DNA from: an uncultured delta proteobacterium
Lineage (GTDB): Bacteria > Myxococcota_A > Polyangia > Polyangiales > Polyangiaceae
Length of the DNA: 64,000 nucleotides
Direction: 5' to 3'
NCBI GenBank assembly: GCA_963841435.1
Contig: CAWJCS010000005.1
Span: 1,312,001 to 1,376,000, forward strand
This document shows, piece after piece, positions 10,471 to 19,704 of this stretch (position 1 is its first letter; each line of letters starts with the position of its first letter). The notes under the pieces are model-generated. The model was not told the origin of the DNA and made no database searches. It saw nothing but the letters and a program-made list of their open reading frames with translations. The position numbers and the translations under genes were made by a program.

Positions 10471-11529
10471 TCAGGGTCTGGAGCTCGGCTCGAGCGCGAA
10501 GCAGTAGAGCGAGCCGCGGCCACCGCCCGACGTGACCGTGCCGGACTCGTAGTTCATCGAGGTGGCGGGTGCGCAGCCCACCGTGTGCGCGGCGTTGAAA
10601 TACGGCGGACGGCCGCCGCCCGTACGGTTCGAATGCCCGACCTGCGCGATGTCGCTCGCAGAGTCCGACGTCCAGTCGTTGCACGTCGCGGTCGGCTCGA
10701 CCGTGCCGTTGACCTTCGAGCCCGTGAGGATGTCGTGGACGCTGTTTTCGAGCGGGGCGCCCGTTTCGTCGAGGGCAATCGAGGTGTCGCCGGGCGGCCA
10801 CGTGTCGTCGAGCGCCTCGCCCGCCTCCTGGGCGTGGAGATCGTCGAGATTGTTCGCGATGACCACGCCGGCCTGGTTCCGCCAGGGACCTTCGCCGATG
10901 CGATCGCGTGCATCGACGCTCGAGGTGCTGAGGTACGCGCGCCAGGTCTTTTGGCCGAGCGTGGCGGACACCGCCGTTGCAAGCTCGGTGCAGAACGCGT
11001 CCGCAGCATCGAGCGAATCGATCTTGCCACCGCCGGGCCAGCCCTTGCTCGTGACGAAGAAGTTCATGCCGGGCTGGGGCGTCACGGCACCGCCGCTGCC
11101 GCTCGAGCCGGCGCTGCCGCTCGAGCCCGCGCTGCCGGCGTCGCCGGATGTGCCACCGCTTCCCGACGAGCCCGCGTCACCAGCCGCGCTTCCCCCCATG
11201 CCGCTTCCCGCCGAGCCGCCGTCCGCGCCGGCGCCACCGCCGCCGGATGCGCCTGCGCCCGACGCTGCACCCGCGCCGTCACCGCTCGTACCGCCTGCGC
11301 CGCCACCCGCGCTGCTGCCGGCGCTGCCTCCCACGCTCGCACCGCTGGATCCGCCCGCGCCGGCCCCTCCTGCCCCCGCACCGCTGCCGCCGCTGCCCGC
11401 GCCGCCGCCCACGGTCGAGCCCCCGGTGCCCGAGCTGCCGGCCGTCGAGCCCCCCGCACCGTCATCGGTCGAACAACCCCACGCGAGGGCCGCACACGAC
11501 AAGAGCCAAGCTGACGAGACGTGCTTCAT
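10471..11529 (-). CDS. Lipoprotein with Gly/Ser/Ala linker and C-terminal endostatin/DUF1554-like domain
   Basis: Lipobox AWGC, about 120-aa Gly-rich linker, then FFVTS, ADAFC, WRAYLS, ARDRIGEGPW, HDILTGS, GSLYCFA. Confidence 0.75.
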   Translation of the reverse strand: MKHVSSAWLLSCAALAWGCSTDDGAGGSTAGSSGTGGSTVGGGAGSGGSGAGAGGAGAGGSSGASVGGSAGSSAGGGAGGTSGDGAGAASGAGASGGGGAGADGGSAGSGMGGSAAGDAGSSGSGGTSGDAGSAGSSGSAGSSGSGGAVTPQPGMNFFVTSKGWPGGGKIDSLDAADAFCTELATAVSATLGQKTWRAYLSTSSVDARDRIGEGPWRNQAGVVIANNLDDLHAQEAGEALDDTWPPGDTSIALDETGAPLENSVHDILTGSKVNGTVEPTATCNDWTSDSASDIAQVGHSNRTGGGRPPYFNAAHTVGCAPATSMNYESGTVTSGGGRGSLYCFALEPSSRP

Positions 11530-11618
11530 GCTGACCTCACCTCGGGGATTCGGGTAGCGTTGGTCGCTCGGGAGTCCGTACCCTGTCTAGCAAACGATCA
11601 GGCTCTCGACGGGCGCCG

Positions 11619-12479
11619 ATGAAGAAAATCATTCTCGGCGAAAATCTGAGCGTGCTCGCGACGCTCCCGAAAGGCTTCGCCGAGCTCGTCTACATCGACC
11701 CGCCCTTCAACACGGGCAAGGAACAGGTGCGTGAGCGGCTGCGCGTCGTGGCCGACCCGGCCGCGCGACGCCGAGGCTTCGGCGACAAGACCTACCGCGT
11801 CGAGCGCGTTTCGAAGAGTGGGTACGCCGACTCGTTCGACGCCTACCTCGACTTTCTCTTGCCGCGCATCGAGGCGAGCCTTCGCTGCCTCACGCCGCGA
11901 GGCAGCCTCTTCGTCCACCTCGACGCGCGCGAGGTGCACTACGTGAAGGTCGCGCTCGATCGCCTGCTGGGCCGCGACTCTTTCATGAACGAAATCGTCT
12001 GGGCCTACGACTACGGCGGTCGCTCGAAGCGCCGCTGGCCGGAAAAGCACGACACCATCCTCTGGTACGCCAAAAACCCCCGCGACTACGTCTTCGACTA
12101 CGACGCCATCGATCGCATTCCGTATCTCGCCCCGTCGCTCGTCGGCGCAGAGAAGGCGGCGCGCGGCAAGACCCCGACGGACGTCTGGTGGCAAACCATC
12201 GTCCCGACGAACGGTCGCGAGAAGACCGGCTACGCGACGCAGAAGCCACTCGCCATCCTCGAGCGCATCGTGCGCGTCCACTCGACGCCCGGCGCCACCG
12301 TGCTCGACTTCTTCGCGGGCAGCGGCACGACGGGCGAGGCCGCCGCACGCCATGGCCGCGGGTTCGTGCTGATCGACGAGAGCCACGAAGCGGCGCGCGT
12401 GATGGCGAAGCGCCTTGCTCCCCATGCGCCAGAGCACGTGGGGTTCGGCCTCGGCCGCGCGCGGCAGCGGGAACACTGA
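11619..12479 (+). CDS. Orphan N6-adenine/N4-cytosine DNA methyltransferase (beta class)
   Basis: Motif IV YIDPPF precedes motif I DFFAGSGTTG; YATQKP. Confidence 0.92.
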   Translation: MKKIILGENLSVLATLPKGFAELVYIDPPFNTGKEQVRERLRVVADPAARRRGFGDKTYRVERVSKSGYADSFDAYLDFLLPRIEASLRCLTPRGSLFVHLDAREVHYVKVALDRLLGRDSFMNEIVWAYDYGGRSKRRWPEKHDTILWYAKNPRDYVFDYDAIDRIPYLAPSLVGAEKAARGKTPTDVWWQTIVPTNGREKTGYATQKPLAILERIVRVHSTPGATVLDFFAGSGTTGEAAARHGRGFVLIDESHEAARVMAKRLAPHAPEHVGFGLGRARQREH

Positions 12480-12527
12480 GCGCGGGCACCGGTGGGGAAC
12501 CGTGGAGGTGGGCCGTCGAAGCTCGGC

Positions 12528-12989
12528 TTAGGGGACGCCAGCGATCGTCACGACCGTCTTCACCGAATTCGAAATGAAGCACTCCTCGTGCGCCCGCGCG
12601 TGGAGCTCGTCGAGCTCGGCGCCGGTCGGTGGCGTGCCCTCGAACTCGATCTTGGGGTTCAGGCAGACCTCACTGACCCAGCGAACACCGCGCTCGTTCT
12701 TCGTCATGCTGCCGACAGCGCGGTCCTCGTAGCTTTTTACGACGAAGCCGCGACGCGATGCGAGGTGCAAGAAGGTCAGCAGGTGGCAGCTCGCAATCGA
12801 CGCCACGAACGCCTCCTCGGGATCCACGGCCGACGGATCCGTGAACGGCCGCGGCACGATGTGCGGCGATGCGGCAGCCCGCACGACGGCACCCCCGTCG
12901 AACTCCCAGCTGTGGCCACGCTGATAGTGGCCGCGCGTGAACGCCGCTCCCTCGAGTGTCCAACGGACCTCGGCAACGTGCTCGGACAT
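12528..12989 (-). CDS. OsmC/Ohr family protein
   Basis: VDPEEAFVASIASCHLLTFL and AHEECFISNSV (two conserved Cys). Confidence 0.9.
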   Translation of the reverse strand: MSEHVAEVRWTLEGAAFTRGHYQRGHSWEFDGGAVVRAAASPHIVPRPFTDPSAVDPEEAFVASIASCHLLTFLHLASRRGFVVKSYEDRAVGSMTKNERGVRWVSEVCLNPKIEFEGTPPTGAELDELHARAHEECFISNSVKTVVTIAGVP

Positions 12990-13050
12990 GGCGGGCCAAG
13001 CGTGACGCGGCGCGACGGGGGACGCCAGGCACGCGTCACGAGCCGCCGAC

Positions 13051-14007
13051 TTACTGCTGTTGCTGTTGCTGTTGCTGCGCCAGGTCGCTCAGGTTCATGC
13101 GGCGCTCGACGATGGGCCCTTCGAGGAAGCTCGGCACGTCGAGTGAGCTCGGAGAGAGCGGCGCGTGAGCGGCGAGGCGCTCGTCGAGCTTGTCCATCGT
13201 CACCTTGACGCGAATGGTCTCTTCGGCTTCGCCGCGGTAGACGCCGCGATTCGGCGGCACGTCGGCGTAGCTGCGTCCGATGGCGACCGCGACGTGGCCG
13301 TCACCCGCGAGCTCGCCATGGGTCGGATCGAGTCCCACCCAGCCGACCGACGGCAAGTACGCCTCGCACCAGGCGTGCGTCTCGAGCTCACGCACGTCAT
13401 CGTGATAGAGGTAGCCGGAGACGTAGCGCGAGGGGATGCCCAGCATGCGCAGGAGCGCGAGCCCCACGTGCGAAAAGTCCTGGCAAACGCCCTGCCCGAT
13501 GTCGAGCGCGTGGGCAACGGTCGTGGCGCTCGAGGTGACGCCCTTCTTGTACTCCAGGCGCTGCCTCAAGCCCGTCATGACGAGCAGCACGGCCTCGGCC
13601 GCACGCTGGCACCGGAACAGACCGACCTCTTCGGCGTACTGCACGAGGCGCGGGTCGCGCTGCACGGGCCCCGAGAAATCCAGGAAATCCTGGAAGCGAT
13701 GACTCAGATCGGCGAGAGGCAGCGGGTCCGTTGCGGCCGCGAGCTCGACGAGCTTCGGGTGCGTCTCGACGGTGGCGCCCGCGACGATCAGCACGCGGTC
13801 GTGCAGCGGCACGATCGTGAAGTGGTGCGCCTGGTTGTCGTTCCAGTCGCGATGCGTGTAAACCGGCGCCTCGGGCCCGACTCTGAGGCTGAAAGCGCGG
13901 AGGGTTTGGTTCTTGTCGCTGCGAGGCGTGACCCGAAGCTCCATGACCGACTCGCTGACGCGGGTCCCGTAGCTGAGCTCCGTCCGATGCTGAATGCCGA
14001 GCAACAT
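13051..14007 (-). CDS. Transglutaminase-like protein with C-terminal poly-Gln
   Basis: GVCQDFSH, SRYVSGY, ETHAW, GLDPT, GRSYADVPP; ends in AQQQQQQQQ-stop. Confidence 0.92.
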   Translation of the reverse strand: MLLGIQHRTELSYGTRVSESVMELRVTPRSDKNQTLRAFSLRVGPEAPVYTHRDWNDNQAHHFTIVPLHDRVLIVAGATVETHPKLVELAAATDPLPLADLSHRFQDFLDFSGPVQRDPRLVQYAEEVGLFRCQRAAEAVLLVMTGLRQRLEYKKGVTSSATTVAHALDIGQGVCQDFSHVGLALLRMLGIPSRYVSGYLYHDDVRELETHAWCEAYLPSVGWVGLDPTHGELAGDGHVAVAIGRSYADVPPNRGVYRGEAEETIRVKVTMDKLDERLAAHAPLSPSSLDVPSFLEGPIVERRMNLSDLAQQQQQQQQ

Positions 14008-14025
14008 GAATCCTCCAGTATACTG

Positions 14026-14934
14026 CTATTGCAAAAAATATGCGCGCTGCAGGTGCGCGCCCGCTTCGCCGAGCTCCTCCACGAGGCTCTGGGTGAATTC
14101 CATGGGGCTTTCGCGTTCCACCTGGTCAACGTCAGCGTACTCGAGGCGGGAGGCGAGCTTGCCGAAGGCACGCTCCACGTTCTTGCCGCGTGACCCGTGC
14201 ATTTCGGCCAAGCGCTTCGAGAAGTCGGCCGCCACGAACGCCGCGTAGCGTACGGAGCGCGGAAAATGCTGATCGAAGAGCAAGAAATCGAGCACGTGCC
14301 GGCGGTCAACGCGCTGCGGGTGAAGCTTCTTGTACGCCTCCATCGAGCACAGGCAGCGCAATAGTGCGAGCCAGTGCACGTTCTCTGCGCTCTGCCTGGA
14401 GGCACGGGGCGCCGATTCCGCGCGCTCCCGGATGAGGCGGTTGGCCCCGTCGAACCGTTCGACGAACTTGCCGAGCTTGAGGAACAGCCACCCCTCGTCG
14501 CGGGCCGTGGTGCCGTCGGCGACGCCGTCCCAGAGAAAGCTCGCGGTCACGATGCCACCGAGAGCCTGGGAGAGCTGGCTCTCGTGGACGCCGCGCGCGT
14601 GAGCCTCGTGCAGAGACCAGTAGGCCTGGTTGAGGTGCTCCCACATTTCGGTGCTGATGACCTCGCGCACCTGCCGCGCGTTCTCGCGCGCGCGAGAGAT
14701 CACGCACACGAGCGAGGTCGCGGCCGTCTGGTCGAAGAGTAGGGCCTCGGTGGGGGCGTCAGGCAAGGAAAGTGCCGCAAGCGCGCCTTGCCACTGGTTC
14801 TTCGCCGCGAGCGGATCGACCTGCTCGAGGTCCACGAGGATGGCCCGTGTCACCTCGAGCACCCGCGCGACGTGCTCGGCGCGCTCGAGGTAGCGACCCA
14901 TCCAAAAGAGGCTGTCCGCGACCCGGCTCAGCAT
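14026..14934 (-). CDS. Alpha-E domain protein
   Basis: [41 protein letters not shown]. Confidence 0.92.
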   Translation of the reverse strand: MLSRVADSLFWMGRYLERAEHVARVLEVTRAILVDLEQVDPLAAKNQWQGALAALSLPDAPTEALLFDQTAATSLVCVISRARENARQVREVISTEMWEHLNQAYWSLHEAHARGVHESQLSQALGGIVTASFLWDGVADGTTARDEGWLFLKLGKFVERFDGANRLIRERAESAPRASRQSAENVHWLALLRCLCSMEAYKKLHPQRVDRRHVLDFLLFDQHFPRSVRYAAFVAADFSKRLAEMHGSRGKNVERAFGKLASRLEYADVDQVERESPMEFTQSLVEELGEAGAHLQRAYFLQ

Positions 14935-16400
14935 GGCGCGCCGTTCTTCGGCGAGCGCTCCCCGGTGCCCGCGAGCACCCAGGTGTCCTTGTACCCACCG
15001 CCCTGGCTCGAATTGACGACGAGCGACCCCTTCTTCAGCGCGACGCGCGTGAGGCCGCCCGGAATCACGCGCACCTTCTCACCGACGAGCACGTAGGGGC
15101 GAAGATCGACGCAGCGCCCTTCGAGGTGGTCTTCCACGATCGTGGGATGACGGCCGAGGTTGATCACGGGCTGCGCGATGTAGGAGCGCGGCCGGGCCTC
15201 GATGCGCCTTTTGAACTCCTCGCGCTGCTCTGCGGTGCTCTGCGTGCCGATGAGCATGCCGTAGCCGCCGGAAGCGTCCGTCTGCTTGACGCACAATTCG
15301 CCGATGTTCTCGAGGATGTACTTTCGGTCGTCCTCACGCGTCGCAATGTACGTGCGCACGTTCTCGAGAATCGGCTCTTCCCCGAGGTAGTAGCGAATCA
15401 TGTCGGGGACGAAGGGGTAGATGGCTTTGTCGTCGGCGACGCCCGTACCGGGCGCGTTGGCGAGCGCCACGGCGCCGCTTCGATACGCCGCAAAAAGCCC
15501 CGCACAGCCGAGGATCGAGTCCGGGCGGAACACCACCGGGTCGAGGTAGTCGTCGTCGATGCGGCGGTAGATCACGTCGACGCGCTGCAGGCCGTGCGTC
15601 GTGCGCATGCACACGGCGCCTTCCGTCACGACGAGGTCGCGACCTTCGACGAGCGTCGCGCCCATCCGCCTCGCGAGCAGGCTGTGCTCGAAGTACGCCG
15701 AGTTGTACATGCCCGGGCTGAGCAGCACGATGGTTGCGTCGTCGCTGCTTCTCGGCGCCACGTGCAAGAGCGCCTCCCTGAGCCAGTCCGCGTAGTCGTC
15801 GAGCGGGCGTACGCCGTACTCCTCGAACAGCACGCGGAACACGCGCTTCAACACCTCGCGGCACTCGAGCACGTAGGAGGCCCCGCTCGGGCTGCGCACG
15901 TTGTCCTCGAGTACGCGAAAATGGCCCTTTTCGTCGCGGATCAGGTCGGTGCCCACGATGTGGGTGTAGACGCCTTTCGGCGGCAGCATGCCGATCATCT
16001 CACGGCGGAAGCCGCTGGCGCCGTACACGAGGCTCGCGTCGACGACGCCGTCGTTCAGGATGCGCTGTTCGCCGTAAACGTCGCGCAAGAAGAGGTTCAG
16101 GGCCTCCACGCGCTGCACGAGGCCGCGCTCGACCTCGTGCCATTCCGGCGCCGTGATGAGGCGCGGGATCGGATCGAACGGGAACACCTTCTCGATGCCC
16201 GCATTGTCGGAATAGACCGTAAACGTGACACCCTGGTTCCTGAGGAGGAGGTCGGCGAGCTTTTGCCGCTGCTCCACCTCGGGGGGCGTCATTTCGGCGA
16301 GCCGGTGCGCGAGGGGACGGTACTCCGGCCGGATCACGCCCCCTTCGGTGAACATCTCGTCGTAGCTCTTCCCATCGAGCTCGTAGCCATCGAGATTCAC
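14928..16400 (-). CDS. Circularly permuted type 2 ATP-grasp protein
   Basis: [56 protein letters not shown] start at 16400 is inferred. Confidence 0.92.
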   Translation of the reverse strand: MNLDGYELDGKSYDEMFTEGGVIRPEYRPLAHRLAEMTPPEVEQRQKLADLLLRNQGVTFTVYSDNAGIEKVFPFDPIPRLITAPEWHEVERGLVQRVEALNLFLRDVYGEQRILNDGVVDASLVYGASGFRREMIGMLPPKGVYTHIVGTDLIRDEKGHFRVLEDNVRSPSGASYVLECREVLKRVFRVLFEEYGVRPLDDYADWLREALLHVAPRSSDDATIVLLSPGMYNSAYFEHSLLARRMGATLVEGRDLVVTEGAVCMRTTHGLQRVDVIYRRIDDDYLDPVVFRPDSILGCAGLFAAYRSGAVALANAPGTGVADDKAIYPFVPDMIRYYLGEEPILENVRTYIATREDDRKYILENIGELCVKQTDASGGYGMLIGTQSTAEQREEFKRRIEARPRSYIAQPVINLGRHPTIVEDHLEGRCVDLRPYVLVGEKVRVIPGGLTRVALKKGSLVVNSSQGGGYKDTWVLAGTGERSPKNGAPC

Positions 16401-16637
16401 GTCCCTATCTAACCCCCGGCATGGATTCTGTTGTGTTTCGGCGGCGTCACGGTCCTCGGAAGATCGCTGTGGCACACCGCAGCGCAATGGGGAAGTGCGG
16501 GGGAATGGCACCGTACGGGTGTTCAGATCCCCGGCTCGCGGCTGGCACCCTCGCGGGCGCTACTCGATGGCGCGCGCCGCTCCAGCGGCGAGGGAAAGTG
16601 GCCGAGCGAGCTACTTTTCTGCGCCAGCGCAGCGTTT

Positions 16638-17483
16638 TCAATCCGTTCGCGCAGCGAGGCGACTCAGACGATCCGTCACGTCAGCCGTGAGGCCGGAAAC
16701 GAGCTCGCGCACGTACGAAAGGGCGTCGCCGCCGCCGTGAGCGAGGGCCGTGAGGTCCATCGCCCAAACGAGACCGTCGTGACGGTCGGGCTGCCGCGCC
16801 TCGTCGAGCACGGCGTTGGCGCGCCGGCGACCGAGCGCCGCGAGATCGTAGCGCTTGCCGCCTCGGAGCTGCGAAGCGAACACGGCGAGGAGCGATGCTT
16901 GGAGGTCGGCGTACCCGTCGAGCGGGAGCGCGACCTTGTCGGCGTCAGCAAGCCAATCGAGCCCACGCCACACCTCGCAGCCGAGGACGCGCGGCGGTCG
17001 CACTTCGGGCGAAAGCTTGCGGCACGCGTCGAGCACGCGGAGCGTCACCGCGACGTGGGTGTCGTGCGTGTCGGTCAGGGCGTGGGTGTAAACGACCTCG
17101 GGCTTCGTCGCCAGAAGGAGCGCGACGAGATCGTCGACGACGCTCGATGCCGCCGGATCTTTCAGGGCCTCGCTCGTGTAGTCGAGGAGCACTTGCGCGC
17201 CGTAGCGACCGAGCGTCGCCGCCCGCTTCTGCTCGGAACGGCGCCGTTCGGCGAGCTCGGCGCGTGACGTATCGCCGCGGATGATGCTGCCAGCGCCGTC
17301 CGTGACGACGACGCCGGTAAACGAGCGCTCGCCCGGCTCGTAACAAGCCAAAATGCCGTGGATTGCCATGATCTCGAGGTCGTCGGCGTGCGCGCCGATG
17401 CCGAGGTGCGTCGTGCGCGCGAGGGCGGCCGCCGCGGGCACGGCGTCCGGAACGAACACCTCGGAGCCCGCGCGCGAGAACAT
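16638..17483 (-). CDS. PIG-L/LmbE family deacetylase
   Basis: GAHADDLE metal motif, VVTDGAG, RRSEQ, YTH..DTHDTH, FASQ. Confidence 0.88.
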   Translation of the reverse strand: MFSRAGSEVFVPDAVPAAAALARTTHLGIGAHADDLEIMAIHGILACYEPGERSFTGVVVTDGAGSIIRGDTSRAELAERRRSEQKRAATLGRYGAQVLLDYTSEALKDPAASSVVDDLVALLLATKPEVVYTHALTDTHDTHVAVTLRVLDACRKLSPEVRPPRVLGCEVWRGLDWLADADKVALPLDGYADLQASLLAVFASQLRGGKRYDLAALGRRRANAVLDEARQPDRHDGLVWAMDLTALAHGGGDALSYVRELVSGLTADVTDRLSRLAARTD

Positions 17484-17653
17484 GGAACGTCAGCGTATCA
17501 CGCCGAGGGCCACCTGCCGGACGGCGCGCTCAGGATGCCTTCGGGCGCCCGCGGGGGTGGTGGAACGGCGTGGCGGAACGGCGCCGCGCGCCGACGTGCT
17601 CGCCGCGGCCCGGCGGTCGCCTCCCAGTCCAAGAAAGCTCTCGGCGTACACCG

Positions 17654-17772
17654 CCGCTCGACTTCGGACGCCGCTCGACTTCGGACGCCGCTCGACTTCG
17701 GACGCTGCTCGATTTCGGACGCCGTTCGACCTCAGGCGCCCGTCAACTTCAGGTACCGTGCGACTTCGGAGA
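17654..17772. repeat. 17-bp tandem repeat (CCGCTCGACTTCGGACG), about 7 copies, 3 perfect then degenerating
   Basis: Units at 17654, 17671, 17688 (perfect) and 17705, 17722, 17739, 17756 (diverged); no spacers. Confidence 0.9.
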
Positions 17773-17776
17773 GGCA

Positions 17777-19654
17777 CTAGCGACGCTTGGCGGCGGGGCG
17801 GTTCGAGCAAGCGAGCGAGTAGCGAAGGGCTCCTTTGCGCTCCAGTGTGAGCACGAAGAGGCGCTTGCCGTTCGCCACCAGGTCCGTTTCGGCGACGCGC
17901 GCGGGCTCGCCCTCGTCGAATCGGATCTCGCAGCTTGCCCCCTTTTCGTCGAAGCGCGCGCGTCGCTCGTCGACCTCCGGCCTTTGCCCTTCGGGGACGA
18001 GGACCGGTAGCACTTCTTCGAAGGCGCCTTCGTGCTTCACCTGCACGTCGATGCCACGGCGGCCGAACGTGAGCGATTTCTCGCCTGCGGTCCCGAGCTC
18101 GTAGCGAGCGACGAGAGTGCCGTTGCCGAGCTCGTGAATGCCGGGATCGGGCGGATCGATGGGCTTATTGCGCTCGGTGAAGGTGACGTCGAGGTCGCCG
18201 CTCTCGTAGGTGGCCTTGGCGTCGGCGGCGCGCGTGCCAAAGGCGCGCTCTTTCGAGTCCGTCTGGTTCTGGAGCAGCGTGCCGTAGGCTGGAGAGAAGA
18301 ACAGGCCGAGCCCGAAGCGCTGCTGGGCGGTGGCCTTCTTGCCGGAGTCGAACGCGGCGTAGTAGCCGGGGCGACGCACGAAGGTGAAGGTCGCGTCCGT
18401 GCGCGAGTCGCGACGCTGCTGGGTCCTCGAGCCAGGCGCGACGGCCGGCAGCGTCGCGCGAGCGCGATCGCGGTCCGCCGTGAGCGGCAGCCAGCTCGGC
18501 AGGCGCTGGTTCAAAAAGACGTACGGCGAGTACACGCTCCGCAAGCCCACGCGCAGCGGCGAGATGTGAGGAAAGCTCGCCCTGAGGGCACCGCGCTCGT
18601 GCGCCACGCGAACGGCGTTTTCCTCGCGCGATTCGGAGAGGGCGGCCGCGAAAGGGATCTGCTCGGCGAGGGGCGTCTCGTAGCTCTCGAAGCCAGCCTG
18701 CTCTTGCCGGGTCTCGACCGCTCGGTTCAAGAAGAAGCCCTTGCCGCCCGGCTCGGGCGCGACGTTGAACGCGAGCCAGTCGAAAAATGCTCGCTCTCGC
18801 TCGACGAGCTCCTGCTCGAACGCGCCGCCCTTGGCGTAGCGGTAGGCTTGGGCCGTGCTGGGACCGTGCGTGTAGAGCGTGTAGCCGAAGTCGGGGCCAC
18901 CGCTCTCGTAGTAGAAGCCCGCCGGGCTCAAGAAGTCGTCGCGGCTGCCACGTAGCCGCGCGAAAAGGAAGCGCCGCAGCGCTGGCTCCGGCCGGAGCTC
19001 GAGCAGCACGAGGCCGCCACCCCAGACGTTGCCGAACTGGTTCGTGTAGGTACGCCCTCCCTCGTAGAGGTTGACGCTCGTGAGCACGACGAGCACGGCG
19101 CGCCGCAGCGCGGCGATGGCGCGGGCGTAGAGCGCTTCGTCGATGGGTGGGCCGTCACGCAAGACCAGCAGCGCTTCGCCGATGAACTTCGTGGCGAACG
19201 CCGTCGGGGGGAGCGCCCAGCCCTTCCGCGAGTACTCCGAGAAGCGCCCGTCGGGCGCCTGGGAACGACACCAGAAGTCGAGCGCTGCCTCGAGCCGTGC
19301 GCGCAGCGCGCGGTTACCGTAGTACTGATTCCAGGGGCGCTTCGTGGCGTAAAACCACGAAAGCGCGAGGATGTTTTCCATCACGCGGGCGTTCCACGGC
19401 CCCTGGTTTCGGCGCCACACGAAAAGCCGGATGTAGCCCCGCGTCGGGCCGCGATCGTCGATGGCGTTCGCGAGCTCGTGGAGGTGCGCGTAATAAAACG
19501 GGAGGTTCAGCTCGTCGTCGGCGAAGTCCTCGAGCTTTACTCGCGAGAAATCCACGGGGGCGACCTCGGGCAGGCGGCTCCGGGCGAGCGCGGCGCGCGG
19601 CACGCCCAGCGCGCCAAGCACGCCGAGCAGCAGGACGACGAAAAGGGGTCTCAC
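17777..19654 (-). CDS. Secreted hypothetical protein (helical N-terminal part, beta-rich C-terminal part)
   Basis: GTG 19654 followed by a signal peptide (RPLFVVLLLGVLGALGVPRAALA); 625 aa; the upstream part of the listed ORF is shadow overlap with glgB. Confidence 0.75.
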   Translation of the reverse strand: MRPLFVVLLLGVLGALGVPRAALARSRLPEVAPVDFSRVKLEDFADDELNLPFYYAHLHELANAIDDRGPTRGYIRLFVWRRNQGPWNARVMENILALSWFYATKRPWNQYYGNRALRARLEAALDFWCRSQAPDGRFSEYSRKGWALPPTAFATKFIGEALLVLRDGPPIDEALYARAIAALRRAVLVVLTSVNLYEGGRTYTNQFGNVWGGGLVLLELRPEPALRRFLFARLRGSRDDFLSPAGFYYESGGPDFGYTLYTHGPSTAQAYRYAKGGAFEQELVERERAFFDWLAFNVAPEPGGKGFFLNRAVETRQEQAGFESYETPLAEQIPFAAALSESREENAVRVAHERGALRASFPHISPLRVGLRSVYSPYVFLNQRLPSWLPLTADRDRARATLPAVAPGSRTQQRRDSRTDATFTFVRRPGYYAAFDSGKKATAQQRFGLGLFFSPAYGTLLQNQTDSKERAFGTRAADAKATYESGDLDVTFTERNKPIDPPDPGIHELGNGTLVARYELGTAGEKSLTFGRRGIDVQVKHEGAFEEVLPVLVPEGQRPEVDERRARFDEKGASCEIRFDEGEPARVAETDLVANGKRLFVLTLERKGALRYSLACSNRPAAKRR

Positions 19655-19704
19655 GCCCCACGCTTTCGCACCAGAAGGGGCGGGGCGCCAGGTGCGACGG
19701 CCGC

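Noticed and set aside
11085-11460. Gly/Ser/Ala low-complexity tracts as novel repeats (also 33560-33900, 34160-34560)
   Set aside because: Ordinary flexible linkers of lipoproteins
11619-12989. Restriction-modification or defence system
   Set aside because: Neighbours are OsmC and a lipoprotein; no nuclease motifs seen
17654-17772. CRISPR array
   Set aside because: Units are 17 bp and contiguous, with no spacers and no cas genes in the window
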